Source of the DNA: Pseudomonadota bacterium
GTDB lineage: Bacteria > Pseudomonadota > Alphaproteobacteria > Sphingomonadales > Sphingomonadaceae
Length of the DNA stretch: 64,000 bases
Direction of reading: 5' to 3'
NCBI GenBank assembly: GCA_046731955.1
Contig: JBKPMC010000044.1
Span: forward strand, 26,157-90,156
The notes beneath the pieces were generated by a model that saw only the letters and a program-made list of their open reading frames with translations, made no database searches and was not told the DNA's origin. Shown here one piece after another: positions 9,867 through 19,765 of this stretch. The translations under genes and the position numbers were made by a program. Within the stretch, counting starts at the first letter, position 1, and every line of letters starts with the position of its first letter.

Positions 9867-9951
9867 GTCTTTGATCTTTCTATCCTTTCGATCAACCGTT
9901 GCATGAGAGCGACAAGAGTTCACTGAAATCGTTGGGCAGGGGCAAAATAAC

Positions 9952-10057
9952 TTGCGTCAAGGGACCCCCGCACATATATCGCGCCCCCGCTGCCCCATGG
10001 GACTTCCAACCGCAAGGCAGCTCTCGTGTTGAACTAGCCAGTTGGAGGTCCCTTGAG
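9952..10057 (+). promoter_or_regulatory. Sigma70-like promoter plus structured 5' leader sequestering the RBS (speF-leader-like)
   Basis: TTGCGT...CATATA promoter. GGGACTTCCAAC (9999-10010) pairs with GTTGGAGGTCCC (10041-10052), which contains the GGAGG SD. Confidence 0.6.
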
Positions 10058-11287
10058 TTGCACAAGCATCATCGCGCGCTGGGGCTAGCTGCCACCCCGT
10101 CCGGCATCCGTAGCGGTGCCGCTATTGCCAAGCTTCGTCCGGCCCAGCCGGTCACGCTTCTGCGTCCGCACGCCGCGCGTCGGGCCGCCCGTTTCTTCGT
10201 TGAGAAGTTTCCGGGCCTGTCGCTCTATGCAGTAAAGGCGAACCCGTCACCGGACCTGCTGCGGATCCTGTGGGACGCTGGCGTCACTCATTACGATGTC
10301 GCCTCGATCGGCGAGGTCCGGCTCGTCCATGAGACGCTGCCTGAGGCCTCGCTCTGCTTCATGCATCCGGTGAAGGCCGAGGAAGCGATCGCCGAGGCTT
10401 ATTTCGATCATGGCGTGCGTACCTTCTCGCTGGACACGATGGACGAGCTGAACAAGATCATCCGGGCGACCGCGACGGATGGCCAGATCGCTCGCGATCT
10501 CAACCTGCTCGTACGGATCAGCGTCAACTCCGACCACGCAAAGCTCAGCCTGGCGGCTAAGTTCGGCGCTGCGCCGGACGAGATGAAGCAGCTGCTGATC
10601 GCCGCGCGCCAGGCGTCCGATGCGCTCGGCATCTGCTTCCATGTCGGCAGCCAGGCGATGAGCCCCGCGGCTTTTGCCGAAGCCATGGTGCGCGTCCGCG
10701 ACGCTATCGTCGAGGCGGCGGTCGTCGTCGACATCGTCGATGTCGGTGGCGGGTTCCCATCCTCCTACCCGGGGATGGAGCCGCCGACGCTCGAGAATTA
10801 TTTCGCGGTGATCCACGAAGGATTCGAGAAGCTGCCGATCAGCTATTCGGCCGAGCTGTGGTGCGAGCCCGGCCGTGCGCTGTGCGCCGAGTATGGCAGC
10901 CTCATCGTGCGCGTCGAGAAGCGTCGCGGAAGCGAGCTGTACATCAACGACGGCGCTTACGGCGCGCTGTTCGACGCCGCGCATATCGGTTGGCGATACC
11001 CAGTCCAGCTGCTGCGCGAACAGGAATCAATGGTCCGCCCGATGGAGTTCAGCTTCTATGGGCCGACCTGCGACGACCTCGACCATATGGCCGGGCCGTT
11101 CGAGCTTCCGGGCGACGTGAAGGCCGGCGACTATATCGAGATCGGCATGCTCGGCGCCTACGGCAGCGCCATGCGTACCGGCTTCAACGGCTTCGGCTCG
11201 GAACGGGCCGAGATCGTCCAGGACGAGCCGATGGCGAGCCTTTATGCCGCAGTGGAGCGCAAACGCTCGAACGTCGTGAAGCTTTAA
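10058..11287 (+). CDS. Type III PLP-dependent ornithine/lysine decarboxylase
   Basis: YAVKANP, FHVGSQ, DVGGGF, EPGRAL, YGPTCD, GAYG. TTG start 9 nt after GGAGG. Confidence 0.92.
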   Translation: MHKHHRALGLAATPSGIRSGAAIAKLRPAQPVTLLRPHAARRAARFFVEKFPGLSLYAVKANPSPDLLRILWDAGVTHYDVASIGEVRLVHETLPEASLCFMHPVKAEEAIAEAYFDHGVRTFSLDTMDELNKIIRATATDGQIARDLNLLVRISVNSDHAKLSLAAKFGAAPDEMKQLLIAARQASDALGICFHVGSQAMSPAAFAEAMVRVRDAIVEAAVVVDIVDVGGGFPSSYPGMEPPTLENYFAVIHEGFEKLPISYSAELWCEPGRALCAEYGSLIVRVEKRRGSELYINDGAYGALFDAAHIGWRYPVQLLREQESMVRPMEFSFYGPTCDDLDHMAGPFELPGDVKAGDYIEIGMLGAYGSAMRTGFNGFGSERAEIVQDEPMASLYAAVERKRSNVVKL

Positions 11288-11293
11288 ATTGCT

Positions 11294-11364
11294 TGTGCTC
11301 CGGCGTAGGCCGGAGCCCAGCCCAAAACAAACAAACTCTGGGCCCCGGCCTTCGCCGGGGCGCA
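11294..11364. repeat. REP/REPIN-like palindromic element (two inverted hairpin units)
   Basis: TGTGCTCCGGCGTAGGCCGGAGCCCAG, an A-rich spacer, then CTGGGCCCCGGCCTTCGCCGGGGCGCA, a near reverse complement. Each unit is itself palindromic. Confidence 0.75.
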
Positions 11365-11384
11365 GTCTGTATTGGAGCATGACA

Positions 11385-12467
11385 ATGACGACCGAGACTC
11401 TGAACAAGGTTCAGGACGCCGAACGGATCAACGACACCCGCAAGGCGGAGCTTCTGGCGACCCCGATCGAGCATATCGACATTACCAAGTTCGATGCTCG
11501 CCCGATCGTCGAGTCGATGGGCAAGATGAGCTTCACCAGCCGTGACCTCGCCCGCGCGACCGGCATCTACAACACGATGCTCGAGGACCCCGAGTGCTCG
11601 ATCATCCTCGTCATCGCGGGCTCGACCTCCGCGGGCGGCTGCATGGACCTCTATTCGGAGCTCGTTAAGTCGAACATGGTCGACGCGATCGTCGCCACAG
11701 GCGCCACGATCGTCGACATGGATTTCTTCGAAGCGCTTGGCCACAAGCACTACCAAGCCAATGAAATCCCTGACGATGATACGCTGCGCTCGCTCTATAT
11801 CGACCGCATCTACGACACCTACATCGACGAGGAGCAGCTACAGGACTGCGACTTCACGATCGGGAAGATCGCGGACAACCTGGAGCCTCGCCCGTACAGC
11901 AGCCGCGCCTTCATCCGCGAGATGGGCAAATGGCTGAGCGAGGGCAACGCCAAGAAGCAGGGCAGCCTCGTCCAACTCGCCTACGAGCATGACGTGCCGA
12001 TCTTCTGCCCGGCCTTTGTCGATTCATCGGCGGGCTTCGGCCTCGTCAAGCACCAGGTCGACGCGATGAAGCGCGGCGGCCACTACATGGTCCTCGACGC
12101 GATCGCCGACTTCCGCGAGCTGACCGACATCAAGATCAAGGCCGGCACTACGGGCCTGCTGATGATCGGCGGCGGCGTTCCCAAGAACTTCACGCAGGAC
12201 ACGGTCGTCTGCGCCGAGATCCTCGGCCACGACGACGTCGAGGTCCACAAATATGCGGTGCAGATTACCGTCGCCGACGTGCGCGACGGCGCCTGCTCCT
12301 CCTCAACGCTTCAGGAAGCGGCGAGCTGGGGCAAGGTTTCGACCGCGATGGAGCAGATGGTGTTCGCCGAGGCCACCAGCGTGCTGCCGCTCCTCGCCAG
12401 TGACGCCTGGCACCGCGGCGCCTGGCGCAACCGCGAGAAGCGTCGCTTCGCCAAGCTGTTCGACTGA
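11385..12467 (+). CDS. Deoxyhypusine synthase-like protein (probable homospermidine pathway)
   Basis: IVATGA, DRIYDTYI, PIFCPAFVDSSAG, GGGVPKNF, GACSSSTLQEAASWGKV. Confidence 0.9.
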   Translation: MTTETLNKVQDAERINDTRKAELLATPIEHIDITKFDARPIVESMGKMSFTSRDLARATGIYNTMLEDPECSIILVIAGSTSAGGCMDLYSELVKSNMVDAIVATGATIVDMDFFEALGHKHYQANEIPDDDTLRSLYIDRIYDTYIDEEQLQDCDFTIGKIADNLEPRPYSSRAFIREMGKWLSEGNAKKQGSLVQLAYEHDVPIFCPAFVDSSAGFGLVKHQVDAMKRGGHYMVLDAIADFRELTDIKIKAGTTGLLMIGGGVPKNFTQDTVVCAEILGHDDVEVHKYAVQITVADVRDGACSSSTLQEAASWGKVSTAMEQMVFAEATSVLPLLASDAWHRGAWRNREKRRFAKLFD

Positions 12468-12496
12468 GTCGGTTGCCAATCGAAATGAACTGAAGC

Positions 12497-12529
12497 ACCC
12501 TCCCCTGGCTCACAGGGGGAGGGTTTTTC
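12497..12529 (+). terminator. Rho-independent terminator
   Basis: ACCCTCCCCTG / CAGGGGGAGGGT stem followed by a T-run. Confidence 0.7.
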
Positions 12530-12994
12530 ATGTCCTACAGCCCGATTCTCGTGCCGGTCGTCGCGCTGGTTGCGTGGACGCTGCTGGTCATGCTCTGGAT
12601 GTTCATCACGCGCGGCGCCGAGTTCCGCCGGCTCGGCATCACCTTCGGTAACATGCCGCGCGGTTCGCGTGGCGTCGACCTGGAAGGCCGCGCCGAAGCG
12701 GAAGCGCAGTGGAAGTCTCACAATTACAATCATTTGATGGAGCAGCCGACGATCTTTTATGCGATCGCACTGACGCTTGCGCTCATGGGTATGGGCAGCG
12801 GTATCAATTTCTGGCTCGCCTGCGGCTATGTCGGCTTGAGGGTCATTCACAGCCTGATCCAAGGGACGGTGAACATCGTCGCCTACCGGTTCACAGTCTT
12901 CGCTCTCGCCTCGTTATGCCTGATCGGCCTGACCACCCATGCCGGACTGCGGATCCTCCACGACTGTTTCGGCTGGCATCTGTTCATGCACTAG
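12530..12994 (+). CDS. MAPEG family membrane protein
   Basis: NYNHLMEQPTIFY and YVGLRVIHSL; several TM segments. Confidence 0.85.
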   Translation: MSYSPILVPVVALVAWTLLVMLWMFITRGAEFRRLGITFGNMPRGSRGVDLEGRAEAEAQWKSHNYNHLMEQPTIFYAIALTLALMGMGSGINFWLACGYVGLRVIHSLIQGTVNIVAYRFTVFALASLCLIGLTTHAGLRILHDCFGWHLFMH

Positions 12995-14160
12995 CGCCTG
13001 AAGCAGGCTGCGAGCTCGACATGGGTCGACCAGCGGAACTGGCCGATCGGCCTGATCCATTCCAGTGTGTAGCCTCCGTCGACGAGCGCCTTCGCGTCGC
13101 GCGCGAAGGTTGCTGGATTGCAGCTGACATAGGCGATCCTCGCGACAGCCGAACCCGCCAGCGCCGCCACCTGCTCGGCGGCGCCGGCCCTCGGAGGGTC
13201 TAGGATGACGGCGTCGAAACGCTCCAACTCCGCGCTGTCGAGCGGCCGCCGGTACAAATCGCGATGTTCGACTGTGACGTTCGGCCCGGCCCGTTTGAGC
13301 GCCGCGGCCGCGTCGCGGGACGCCTCGGCCGCATAAGCTGCGGGAACTGCCAGGGCGAAAGTGCCAAGCCCTGCGAAGAAATCCGCGATTGATCCTGCTT
13401 CTCCAACCACTTCGCGAACACAGGCAGTCAGTGCCGCCTCGCCGTCTTCGGTTGCCTGCAGGAAGCCGCCCATCGGAAAAGCGACCGGGATGCCCGACAG
13501 CGTGACCGTCGCAGGCTGCGGTTCGTACAGCGCCTCTGAGCCAAGTCCCTGATCGATACCCAGCCGAGCGATCTGGTGGCCTGTGGCGAATGACGTCAGC
13601 GCCTCCATCGCCTCCAACCCATGCGGCTCGACGCCCTTGAGCAGCAGGTCCACACCCTGGTCGACTAGCGTCAGACGCACCTCCGCAGTGCGGCGGGGCT
13701 CGAGCAATTGGCCAAGCAATCGCCGCAGCGGCTCGACCAGCGCGAACAGCTCAGTCTTCAGGATATGGCACTCGCGCATTTCGACAATACGGTGCGACTT
13801 CTCGGCGTTGAAGCCGATGACGGCGGCCCGCCCAACCCGCATCGCGCGCAGGGTCGTGCGGCGGCGGCTGTTCGGCGGCGACAAATGCGGCTCCCGGACG
13901 TCGGTCGCCAGGTCATGCTGCGCGAGCGCGGTTTCGACCCGCGAGACGAGGTAGCCGCGATATGCCTCATCATCGGCATGCTGCAGCTGGCATCCGCCGC
14001 ATTCCGGAAAGTGACGGCATGGAGGCTCCTGGTGGTGCGGCCCCGGCGCAAGAGCGCCGTCGTCGAGCAGCGCGTCCCCCGGCACGCCGAACGGCACGTG
14101 GCGCCCGCTCGCGGTCACTCCGTCGCCGCGGGCCGCGATCCGGACGATCAGCTCGTTCAT
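12991..14160 (-). CDS. rlmD: RlmD/TrmA family RNA (uracil-5)-methyltransferase
   Basis: CRHFPECGGCQLQH, FLQA, DFFAGLGTF, LDPPRAG, YVSCNP. Confidence 0.88.
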   Translation of the reverse strand: MNELIVRIAARGDGVTASGRHVPFGVPGDALLDDGALAPGPHHQEPPCRHFPECGGCQLQHADDEAYRGYLVSRVETALAQHDLATDVREPHLSPPNSRRRTTLRAMRVGRAAVIGFNAEKSHRIVEMRECHILKTELFALVEPLRRLLGQLLEPRRTAEVRLTLVDQGVDLLLKGVEPHGLEAMEALTSFATGHQIARLGIDQGLGSEALYEPQPATVTLSGIPVAFPMGGFLQATEDGEAALTACVREVVGEAGSIADFFAGLGTFALAVPAAYAAEASRDAAAALKRAGPNVTVEHRDLYRRPLDSAELERFDAVILDPPRAGAAEQVAALAGSAVARIAYVSCNPATFARDAKALVDGGYTLEWIRPIGQFRWSTHVELAACFRR

Positions 14161-15521
14161 TCGAGAAGGGCGAACGCCTGCGGAATCGCCGCCACGAGGT
14201 CATCCGCGATCATCTGGGGGCCCGCGATCTCCGCCGCCCGGCCGTGCAGCCAAACCCCGGCGCAGGCCGCGTCCCAATTGCCAAGGCCCCTCGCTCGAAG
14301 CGCCGCCGTCATCCCGGCGAGGACGTCTCCGGTTCCGGCGGTCGCGAGCCACGCCGGGGCGGGCGGGGCTAGGCCGAGGAAGCCATGTGGGCTGGCCACG
14401 ACGGTGTCAGGCCCCTTGTAGACTACCACCGCGCCGCACCGCCGCGCGGCTTCGAGCGCGCGGTCCGGCTTCGACCCTTCGATTTCACCGAACAGCTTGC
14501 GGAACTCGCCCTCGTGCGGCGTGATGATCGCGTCCTGCCCTTTGAGCCGCTCCGGATCGCCGAGGAAGGTGATTGCGTCGGCGTCGAGCACCTTGGGCGC
14601 CTTACTCGTCAGCGCCAGGGTCAGCACTTGCGGGATGTCGCCCATGCCGGGGCCGACGAGCAAGCAGCCGATGCGCTCGTCGTCCATCGTCGCCGTGTCG
14701 GTCTGGACCACCGACGAGGGAATGCCGTCGATGCTGCGCGACGTGCTGACCCGGACGTAGCCGGCGCCTGCCCGCGCCGCGGCCTTTGCCGCCAACGCGA
14801 TCGCGCCAGGCATTTTGCCGGCGAGCAAGTGGACCAGCCCGCGGTCGTACTTGTGTCCGCCCGGATCGAGCGGCGGTAGTTCCGGGCGACCGATCTCATG
14901 CCAACCGGTGCTCGTCCGTATTCCGATGTCGGCTAGCACAACCCGGCCGCACTTCTCGATCGCCGGAAACAGCCGGTGTGCCGGCTTGAGAGCGCCGAAT
15001 GTCACCGTCAGGTCGAATTTGGGAACCGTACTGAGCTCGTCGCCGCTGTCTGTCTCGACCCCGCTAGGCAAGTCGCAAGCCACCCGGACGACGGCGGCAT
15101 AGCATAGCCTAGAAAGTTGTTGTGTCGCGTTATCTTCCAGGCCGCGCTTGAGTCCTGTTCCGAAGAGGGCATCAATGACCAGCGGCTCCGGCGCCGTCGC
15201 GTCTGACAAGTTTTCAACGTCGCCGCCCCACTGCCCGCGTGCCCATTTCGCTGCATCGCTCTTCGGCTCGGACAAAGCGGCGACACGGACCTTCACGCCT
15301 TTTCCGGCAAGGTGGCGCGCCGCGACATAGCCGTCGCCGCCATTATTTCCCGGGCCGGCGAGGACGAGTGCCGGCATCGGCCCGGCGAAGCGATGCACCG
15401 CCTCGGCCAGCGCCGCTCCGGCGCGTTCCATTAGCTCCTCAACGCTCGTGCCGCCGTCGATTACCGCCTGCTCGGCCGCGCGCATCGCTTCCGCGGTCAG
15501 GATCGGGCGGCCGCTCGTCAT
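14157..15521 (-). CDS. nnr: Bifunctional NAD(P)H-hydrate epimerase/dehydratase
   Basis: LMERAG, GPGNNGGDG, DALFGTG, TPHEGEF, LATAGTGDVLAG. Confidence 0.93.
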   Translation of the reverse strand: MTSGRPILTAEAMRAAEQAVIDGGTSVEELMERAGAALAEAVHRFAGPMPALVLAGPGNNGGDGYVAARHLAGKGVKVRVAALSEPKSDAAKWARGQWGGDVENLSDATAPEPLVIDALFGTGLKRGLEDNATQQLSRLCYAAVVRVACDLPSGVETDSGDELSTVPKFDLTVTFGALKPAHRLFPAIEKCGRVVLADIGIRTSTGWHEIGRPELPPLDPGGHKYDRGLVHLLAGKMPGAIALAAKAAARAGAGYVRVSTSRSIDGIPSSVVQTDTATMDDERIGCLLVGPGMGDIPQVLTLALTSKAPKVLDADAITFLGDPERLKGQDAIITPHEGEFRKLFGEIEGSKPDRALEAARRCGAVVVYKGPDTVVASPHGFLGLAPPAPAWLATAGTGDVLAGMTAALRARGLGNWDAACAGVWLHGRAAEIAGPQMIADDLVAAIPQAFALLE

Positions 15522-15532
15522 GGTCGTGCCGT

Positions 15533-16339
15533 CTAACGCAAGTATGTCGCCAGATGCCACCACTCGCGTGGAACGGCTACGGCCGCGTCGTCCCTCGCCT
15601 CTTCTGTTTCAAAGAAAGCAAAGCAGGTCGCGCCCGAGCCGGACATGCGTACGAACTCCGCGCCTGGTTGAGCCGAAAGCCAGGCAAGCATCGTCGCGAT
15701 CTGCGGAACTTTGGCCTCGGCAATCGGCTCGAGATCGTTGCGCCCCTCGCGCCAGTCACCAAGCTCGCCGTGATCGACCCCGTCCCATCCGGCATAGACT
15801 TCGGTGGTGGAGACTGGAACGCGCGGGTTTACCAGCAGCACCGGCTTCCCGGAGAGCTCCGGAAGCGCCGCGGGGCTCAGCGTGTCGCCGGCGCCTCCCC
15901 CCCGCGCCGGCATGCTGATGAGACAGGCGAGGACGTCGCTGCCCAGCGCCGGGGCCACGGACGAGGCGTACTCGGGATCGATTCCCCATAATGACGTCAG
16001 CAGCCGCAACGTGGCCGCGGCATCGGCGGAACCGCCGCCAATCCCCGAAGCGACCGGCAGCCTCTTCTCCAGCTTGATCGACGCGCCATTTTCAATGCCC
16101 GCGGCCTCGGCCAGTTCGCGCGCAGCTCGAAGCACTAGATTGTCGCCCTCCCCGAGATCGGCCGCGAAAGGGCCGGCGACCTCGAGCGACAACTCTCCGG
16201 CCTCTTCGGCGCTCAACCAATCGCCGTCGGCGCAGAAGACGTACAAGGTTTCGATTGTGTGCCGGCCGTCCGGCCGCCGTCCCCGCACATGGAGCGCAAG
16301 GTTCAGCTTGGCCGGCGCGATCTCGCGCGCTGCGGTCAA
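15533..16339 (-). CDS. ispE: 4-diphosphocytidyl-2-C-methyl-D-erythritol kinase
   Basis: APAKLNLALH, KRLPVASGIGGGSADAA, MSGSGATCF. Confidence 0.96.
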   Translation of the reverse strand: MTAAREIAPAKLNLALHVRGRRPDGRHTIETLYVFCADGDWLSAEEAGELSLEVAGPFAADLGEGDNLVLRAARELAEAAGIENGASIKLEKRLPVASGIGGGSADAAATLRLLTSLWGIDPEYASSVAPALGSDVLACLISMPARGGGAGDTLSPAALPELSGKPVLLVNPRVPVSTTEVYAGWDGVDHGELGDWREGRNDLEPIAEAKVPQIATMLAWLSAQPGAEFVRMSGSGATCFAFFETEEARDDAAVAVPREWWHLATYLR

Positions 16340-17991
16340 GGCGCAGCGTTTGCGAGCGTCAGCCCGGAGGCGAGCTTAGCTTTCACCCGCAAGGCGACCT
16401 CATCCTCGGCCGTCACCATCGCCGCACTCCAGGCGAAACGGGCCTCGTAGCGACGCCCGGATTTGTAGAGCGCGTCGCCGAGATGCTCCTGGATCTCCGC
16501 CTGGTCCGGGTCCCTCTCGGCTGCCCGCTGGAGGGTCGCGATGGCTTCGGCGATTTTACCGCGCTTGAACTGGGCCCAGCCCAGCGAATCGGTGATCGAC
16601 GCATCGTCGGGCGCGAGCTCGCTCGCCTTGCGGATCATTCCTTCGGCAGAGTCCAGATCCTCACCGCGTTCGAGCTTCGCGTAACCGAGAAAGTTGAGCA
16701 GCAGCGGCTGATCCGGAGCGATCGCGAGCCCTTGCTCGAGGGCCTGTTTCGCCTCGGGCCAGCGTCGTGCTTCCTCGAGCGCGCTCGCACGCAGCAGGAG
16801 CATCGGCCACAGCTCCGTCTTGAGACCCTGCGCGCTCGCTACCGTCACGGCCCGGCCAAAAGCGTCCGCAGCTTCGTTGTACCGCTTCATCGACTGGTAC
16901 ACGTCGCCGAGCCGGGACCAGTCGCCCGAGCTGGCATTTGGAGCGGCTGTCGCTGCGGCAGCCAGCGCATAGGCCTCGTTCAGCCGTTTCTCGTCGGTGA
17001 GGATCCGAATCTGGACGTCCCGGACCTGCCCGATCAACGCATCGTTCGGGGGGATGGAGCGCAGCACGGCCAGCCCCTCATCCGAGCGCCCCTGCGCGTC
17101 GAGCAGAAGCGCGAGGAGCACGGCGGCGCTGCTGTTCTGCGGATTGGCATAGCGCGCGACCTGGACCAGGCCGACCGGCGGCGCTGAGCGCTGAAGTCGG
17201 GCGAGATCCCCCGCGAACGCGACAAGGGCCTCGCTCAGAGCCTCGGCCGGCTTGTCGATCGCCTGGCCGCTCAATTTTCCCGCAAGCACACGTTGGCGGG
17301 CCCCAGGCATGTCGGTGCCCATGCCGTCCAGCATGGCCAGCGCCCGAGTCTTGTCGCCGGCTTCGAGGAAGCCGTCGGCATAGGCTAGCCTCAGACGATT
17401 CTCCCGCGAACCGGACGTGGCGACCGCGCGGCGGGCGAATGGCTCCGCGTCAGCAGTGCGGCGGAACTTGAGCAGGATCAGAGCGCGCTGTTCCGCGCGC
17501 AGTGGGCCGAGAAGGCTGTTGACCGGCACCTGGTCGATGGTCGTCAGCGCAGAGTCGAAGTTACCGCGCTCCGCTGCGGCCCACGCGGTGATGAGCGGCG
17601 CCAGAAAGGTCAGGTCGCCTGTGTCGCCCGCGACGTTGAGCCAGGTCATTGCGCGATCCGGACGACCGCGCTTTATTTCGTCCACGACCAGCAGAAGCCG
17701 GACGTCGCTCGTGAGCTTTGCTGGCGGAATGCTGCGCGCAAGCCTCAGCGCGAGGTCCATCTGTCCAGCGCCGAGCGCCTCTCCGAGCGCTTTGCGCGCA
17801 AGGTCGACCTCTTCGGGCTGGCTGGCCGCGATCGCGGCCAGTAACGCTGCCGAACGCGCATGGTCTCCGCTCATCGCTGCGGCGCGTGCCTCGACATAGG
17901 TTCGCGCAGGATCGCTGAGCGTCGCACTCGCCCGCGCCGAGACTGCGGCAGGCGCCATCAGGGCAGCGGCCACTGCCGCCCCGCAGAGCAA
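16336..17991 (-). CDS. Exported tetratricopeptide repeat protein
   Basis: Signal peptide after TTG 17991; TPR units (LLNFLGY, ITDSLGWAQF, EHLGDALY). The track extension to 18222 overlaps ETF-QO. Confidence 0.85.
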   Translation of the reverse strand: MLCGAAVAAALMAPAAVSARASATLSDPARTYVEARAAAMSGDHARSAALLAAIAASQPEEVDLARKALGEALGAGQMDLALRLARSIPPAKLTSDVRLLLVVDEIKRGRPDRAMTWLNVAGDTGDLTFLAPLITAWAAAERGNFDSALTTIDQVPVNSLLGPLRAEQRALILLKFRRTADAEPFARRAVATSGSRENRLRLAYADGFLEAGDKTRALAMLDGMGTDMPGARQRVLAGKLSGQAIDKPAEALSEALVAFAGDLARLQRSAPPVGLVQVARYANPQNSSAAVLLALLLDAQGRSDEGLAVLRSIPPNDALIGQVRDVQIRILTDEKRLNEAYALAAAATAAPNASSGDWSRLGDVYQSMKRYNEAADAFGRAVTVASAQGLKTELWPMLLLRASALEEARRWPEAKQALEQGLAIAPDQPLLLNFLGYAKLERGEDLDSAEGMIRKASELAPDDASITDSLGWAQFKRGKIAEAIATLQRAAERDPDQAEIQEHLGDALYKSGRRYEARFAWSAAMVTAEDEVALRVKAKLASGLTLANAAP

Positions 17992-17992
17992 T

Positions 17993-19639
17993 TTACATGT
18001 TCGGGTAATTGGGGCCTCCGCCGCCTTCGGGTGTGACCCAGTTGATGTTCTGGGTCGGGTCCTTGATGTCGCACGTCTTGCAGTGGACGCAATTCTGGGC
18101 GTTGATCTGGAGCCTAGGCGATCCACTCTCATCCTCGACGAACTCGTAAACGCCTGCCGGGCAGTAACGCTGCTCAGGACCGGCATAGACCGGCAGGTTG
18201 ATGGCAGTCGGTATGTCCGCATCCTTTAGCGTCAGATGAACCGGCTGGTCCTCCTCATGATTGGTGTTGGACACGAACACCGACGACAGCCGGTCGAATG
18301 TTAGCACGCCGTCCGGCTTGGGGTAATCGATGGGTGCGGCATGATCCTTGCGGCGGAGCGTCGTGTTGTCCGGCTTCAGCTTCAGAGTCCACGGAACGCC
18401 GATCCGCAAATAATTGAGCCACATGTCCAGGCCGGCATAGAGCGTTCCGAGCATCCCGCCCCAGTGAGCCACTGCCGGCTGGGCGTTCCGGACCATCTTC
18501 AGCTCCTTCACCACCCAACTCTTCTGTAAGGCGGCCGGGTAGGCATCGAGGACGTCGTTCGATCGGTCGCTTGCGATCGCCTCGAACGCCGCTTCCGCCG
18601 CGAGCATGGCCGACTTCATGGCCGTGTGCGTGCCCTTGATCCGAGGAACGTTCACGAAGCCTGCCGAGCAGCCGATCAAGGCGCCGCCAGGGAAGGCCAG
18701 CTTCGGGATGGCCTGATAGCCGCCCTCATTGATCGCCCGGGCTCCATAGGAGACCCGGCGACCGCCCTCGATCTCAGCGCGGATCGCCGGATGGGTTTTC
18801 CAGCGCTGCATTTCCTCGAACGGCGACAGGTACGGATTCGAATAATCGAGCGAGAGCACGAACCCGAGCGCGACCTGGTTGTTTTCCTGATGGTAGAGGA
18901 AACCCCCACCCCATGCGTCCTTGAGCGGCCACCCCTGTGTGTGGATCACTCGCCCCGGCTTATGCTTATCGGGAGGAACGTCCCATAACTCTTTGACTCC
19001 AAGCCCGAAAACCTGCGGGTTACCTTCGTCGCGAAGGCCAAACAGCTCGGTCAGGCGCTTGGTCAAATGCCCGCGTGCGCCCTCGGCGAAGAAGGTATAG
19101 CGGGCGTGGAGCTCGATACCGGGCTGGTAGTCGGGACGATGACTCCCGTCGCGAGCGACACCCATATCGCCAGTTGCGACGCCCTTCACCGATCCGTCCT
19201 CGTGAAACAGGATCTCGGACGCGGGGAACCCAGGGAAGATCTCGACCCCGAGTTCCTCCGCCTGGCCTGCAAGCCAACGGCAGAAATTGCCGAGGCTCAA
19301 AGTGTAGGTCCCCTTGTTGTGCATGAAGGGCGGCGTGAGCAGCTCGGGGATTGCGAACTTGCCCTTCTTGCCGAGCACCCAATGGTGATTCTCGGTCACC
19401 GGAACGGTGAACGGCGAGCCTTTGTCCTTCCAGTCGGGAATCAACTCATTGAGCGAAATCGGATCGATCACCGCGCCCGACAGGATATGCGCTCCGACTT
19501 CGCTGCCTTTCTCCAGGATACAGACGGAAAATTCGCGGCCCGCTTCGTTCGCAAGCTGCTTCAGGCGAATCGCCGCGCTGAGTCCCGCCGGCCCTGCGCC
19601 GACGATGACCACGTCATAATTCATGGATTCGCGCTGCAT
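17993..19639 (-). CDS. Electron transfer flavoprotein-ubiquinone oxidoreductase
   Basis: DVVIVGAGPAGL, EVGAHILSGA, C-terminal 4Fe-4S motif CPAGVY...CVHCKTCDIKDP. Confidence 0.96.
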   Translation of the reverse strand: MQRESMNYDVVIVGAGPAGLSAAIRLKQLANEAGREFSVCILEKGSEVGAHILSGAVIDPISLNELIPDWKDKGSPFTVPVTENHHWVLGKKGKFAIPELLTPPFMHNKGTYTLSLGNFCRWLAGQAEELGVEIFPGFPASEILFHEDGSVKGVATGDMGVARDGSHRPDYQPGIELHARYTFFAEGARGHLTKRLTELFGLRDEGNPQVFGLGVKELWDVPPDKHKPGRVIHTQGWPLKDAWGGGFLYHQENNQVALGFVLSLDYSNPYLSPFEEMQRWKTHPAIRAEIEGGRRVSYGARAINEGGYQAIPKLAFPGGALIGCSAGFVNVPRIKGTHTAMKSAMLAAEAAFEAIASDRSNDVLDAYPAALQKSWVVKELKMVRNAQPAVAHWGGMLGTLYAGLDMWLNYLRIGVPWTLKLKPDNTTLRRKDHAAPIDYPKPDGVLTFDRLSSVFVSNTNHEEDQPVHLTLKDADIPTAINLPVYAGPEQRYCPAGVYEFVEDESGSPRLQINAQNCVHCKTCDIKDPTQNINWVTPEGGGGPNYPNM

Positions 19640-19765
19640 TTTCTCCCCTAGTCGCGCTGCCGCGCGCCTACGTTGGAACCTCTCGTCGCGCGTTAGACTC
19701 GCTTTGCCTTCGCCTGCCCTGCCAATTCCTTGACCGCCGCGTCAATGCCGGAGAGGATTGGAACG

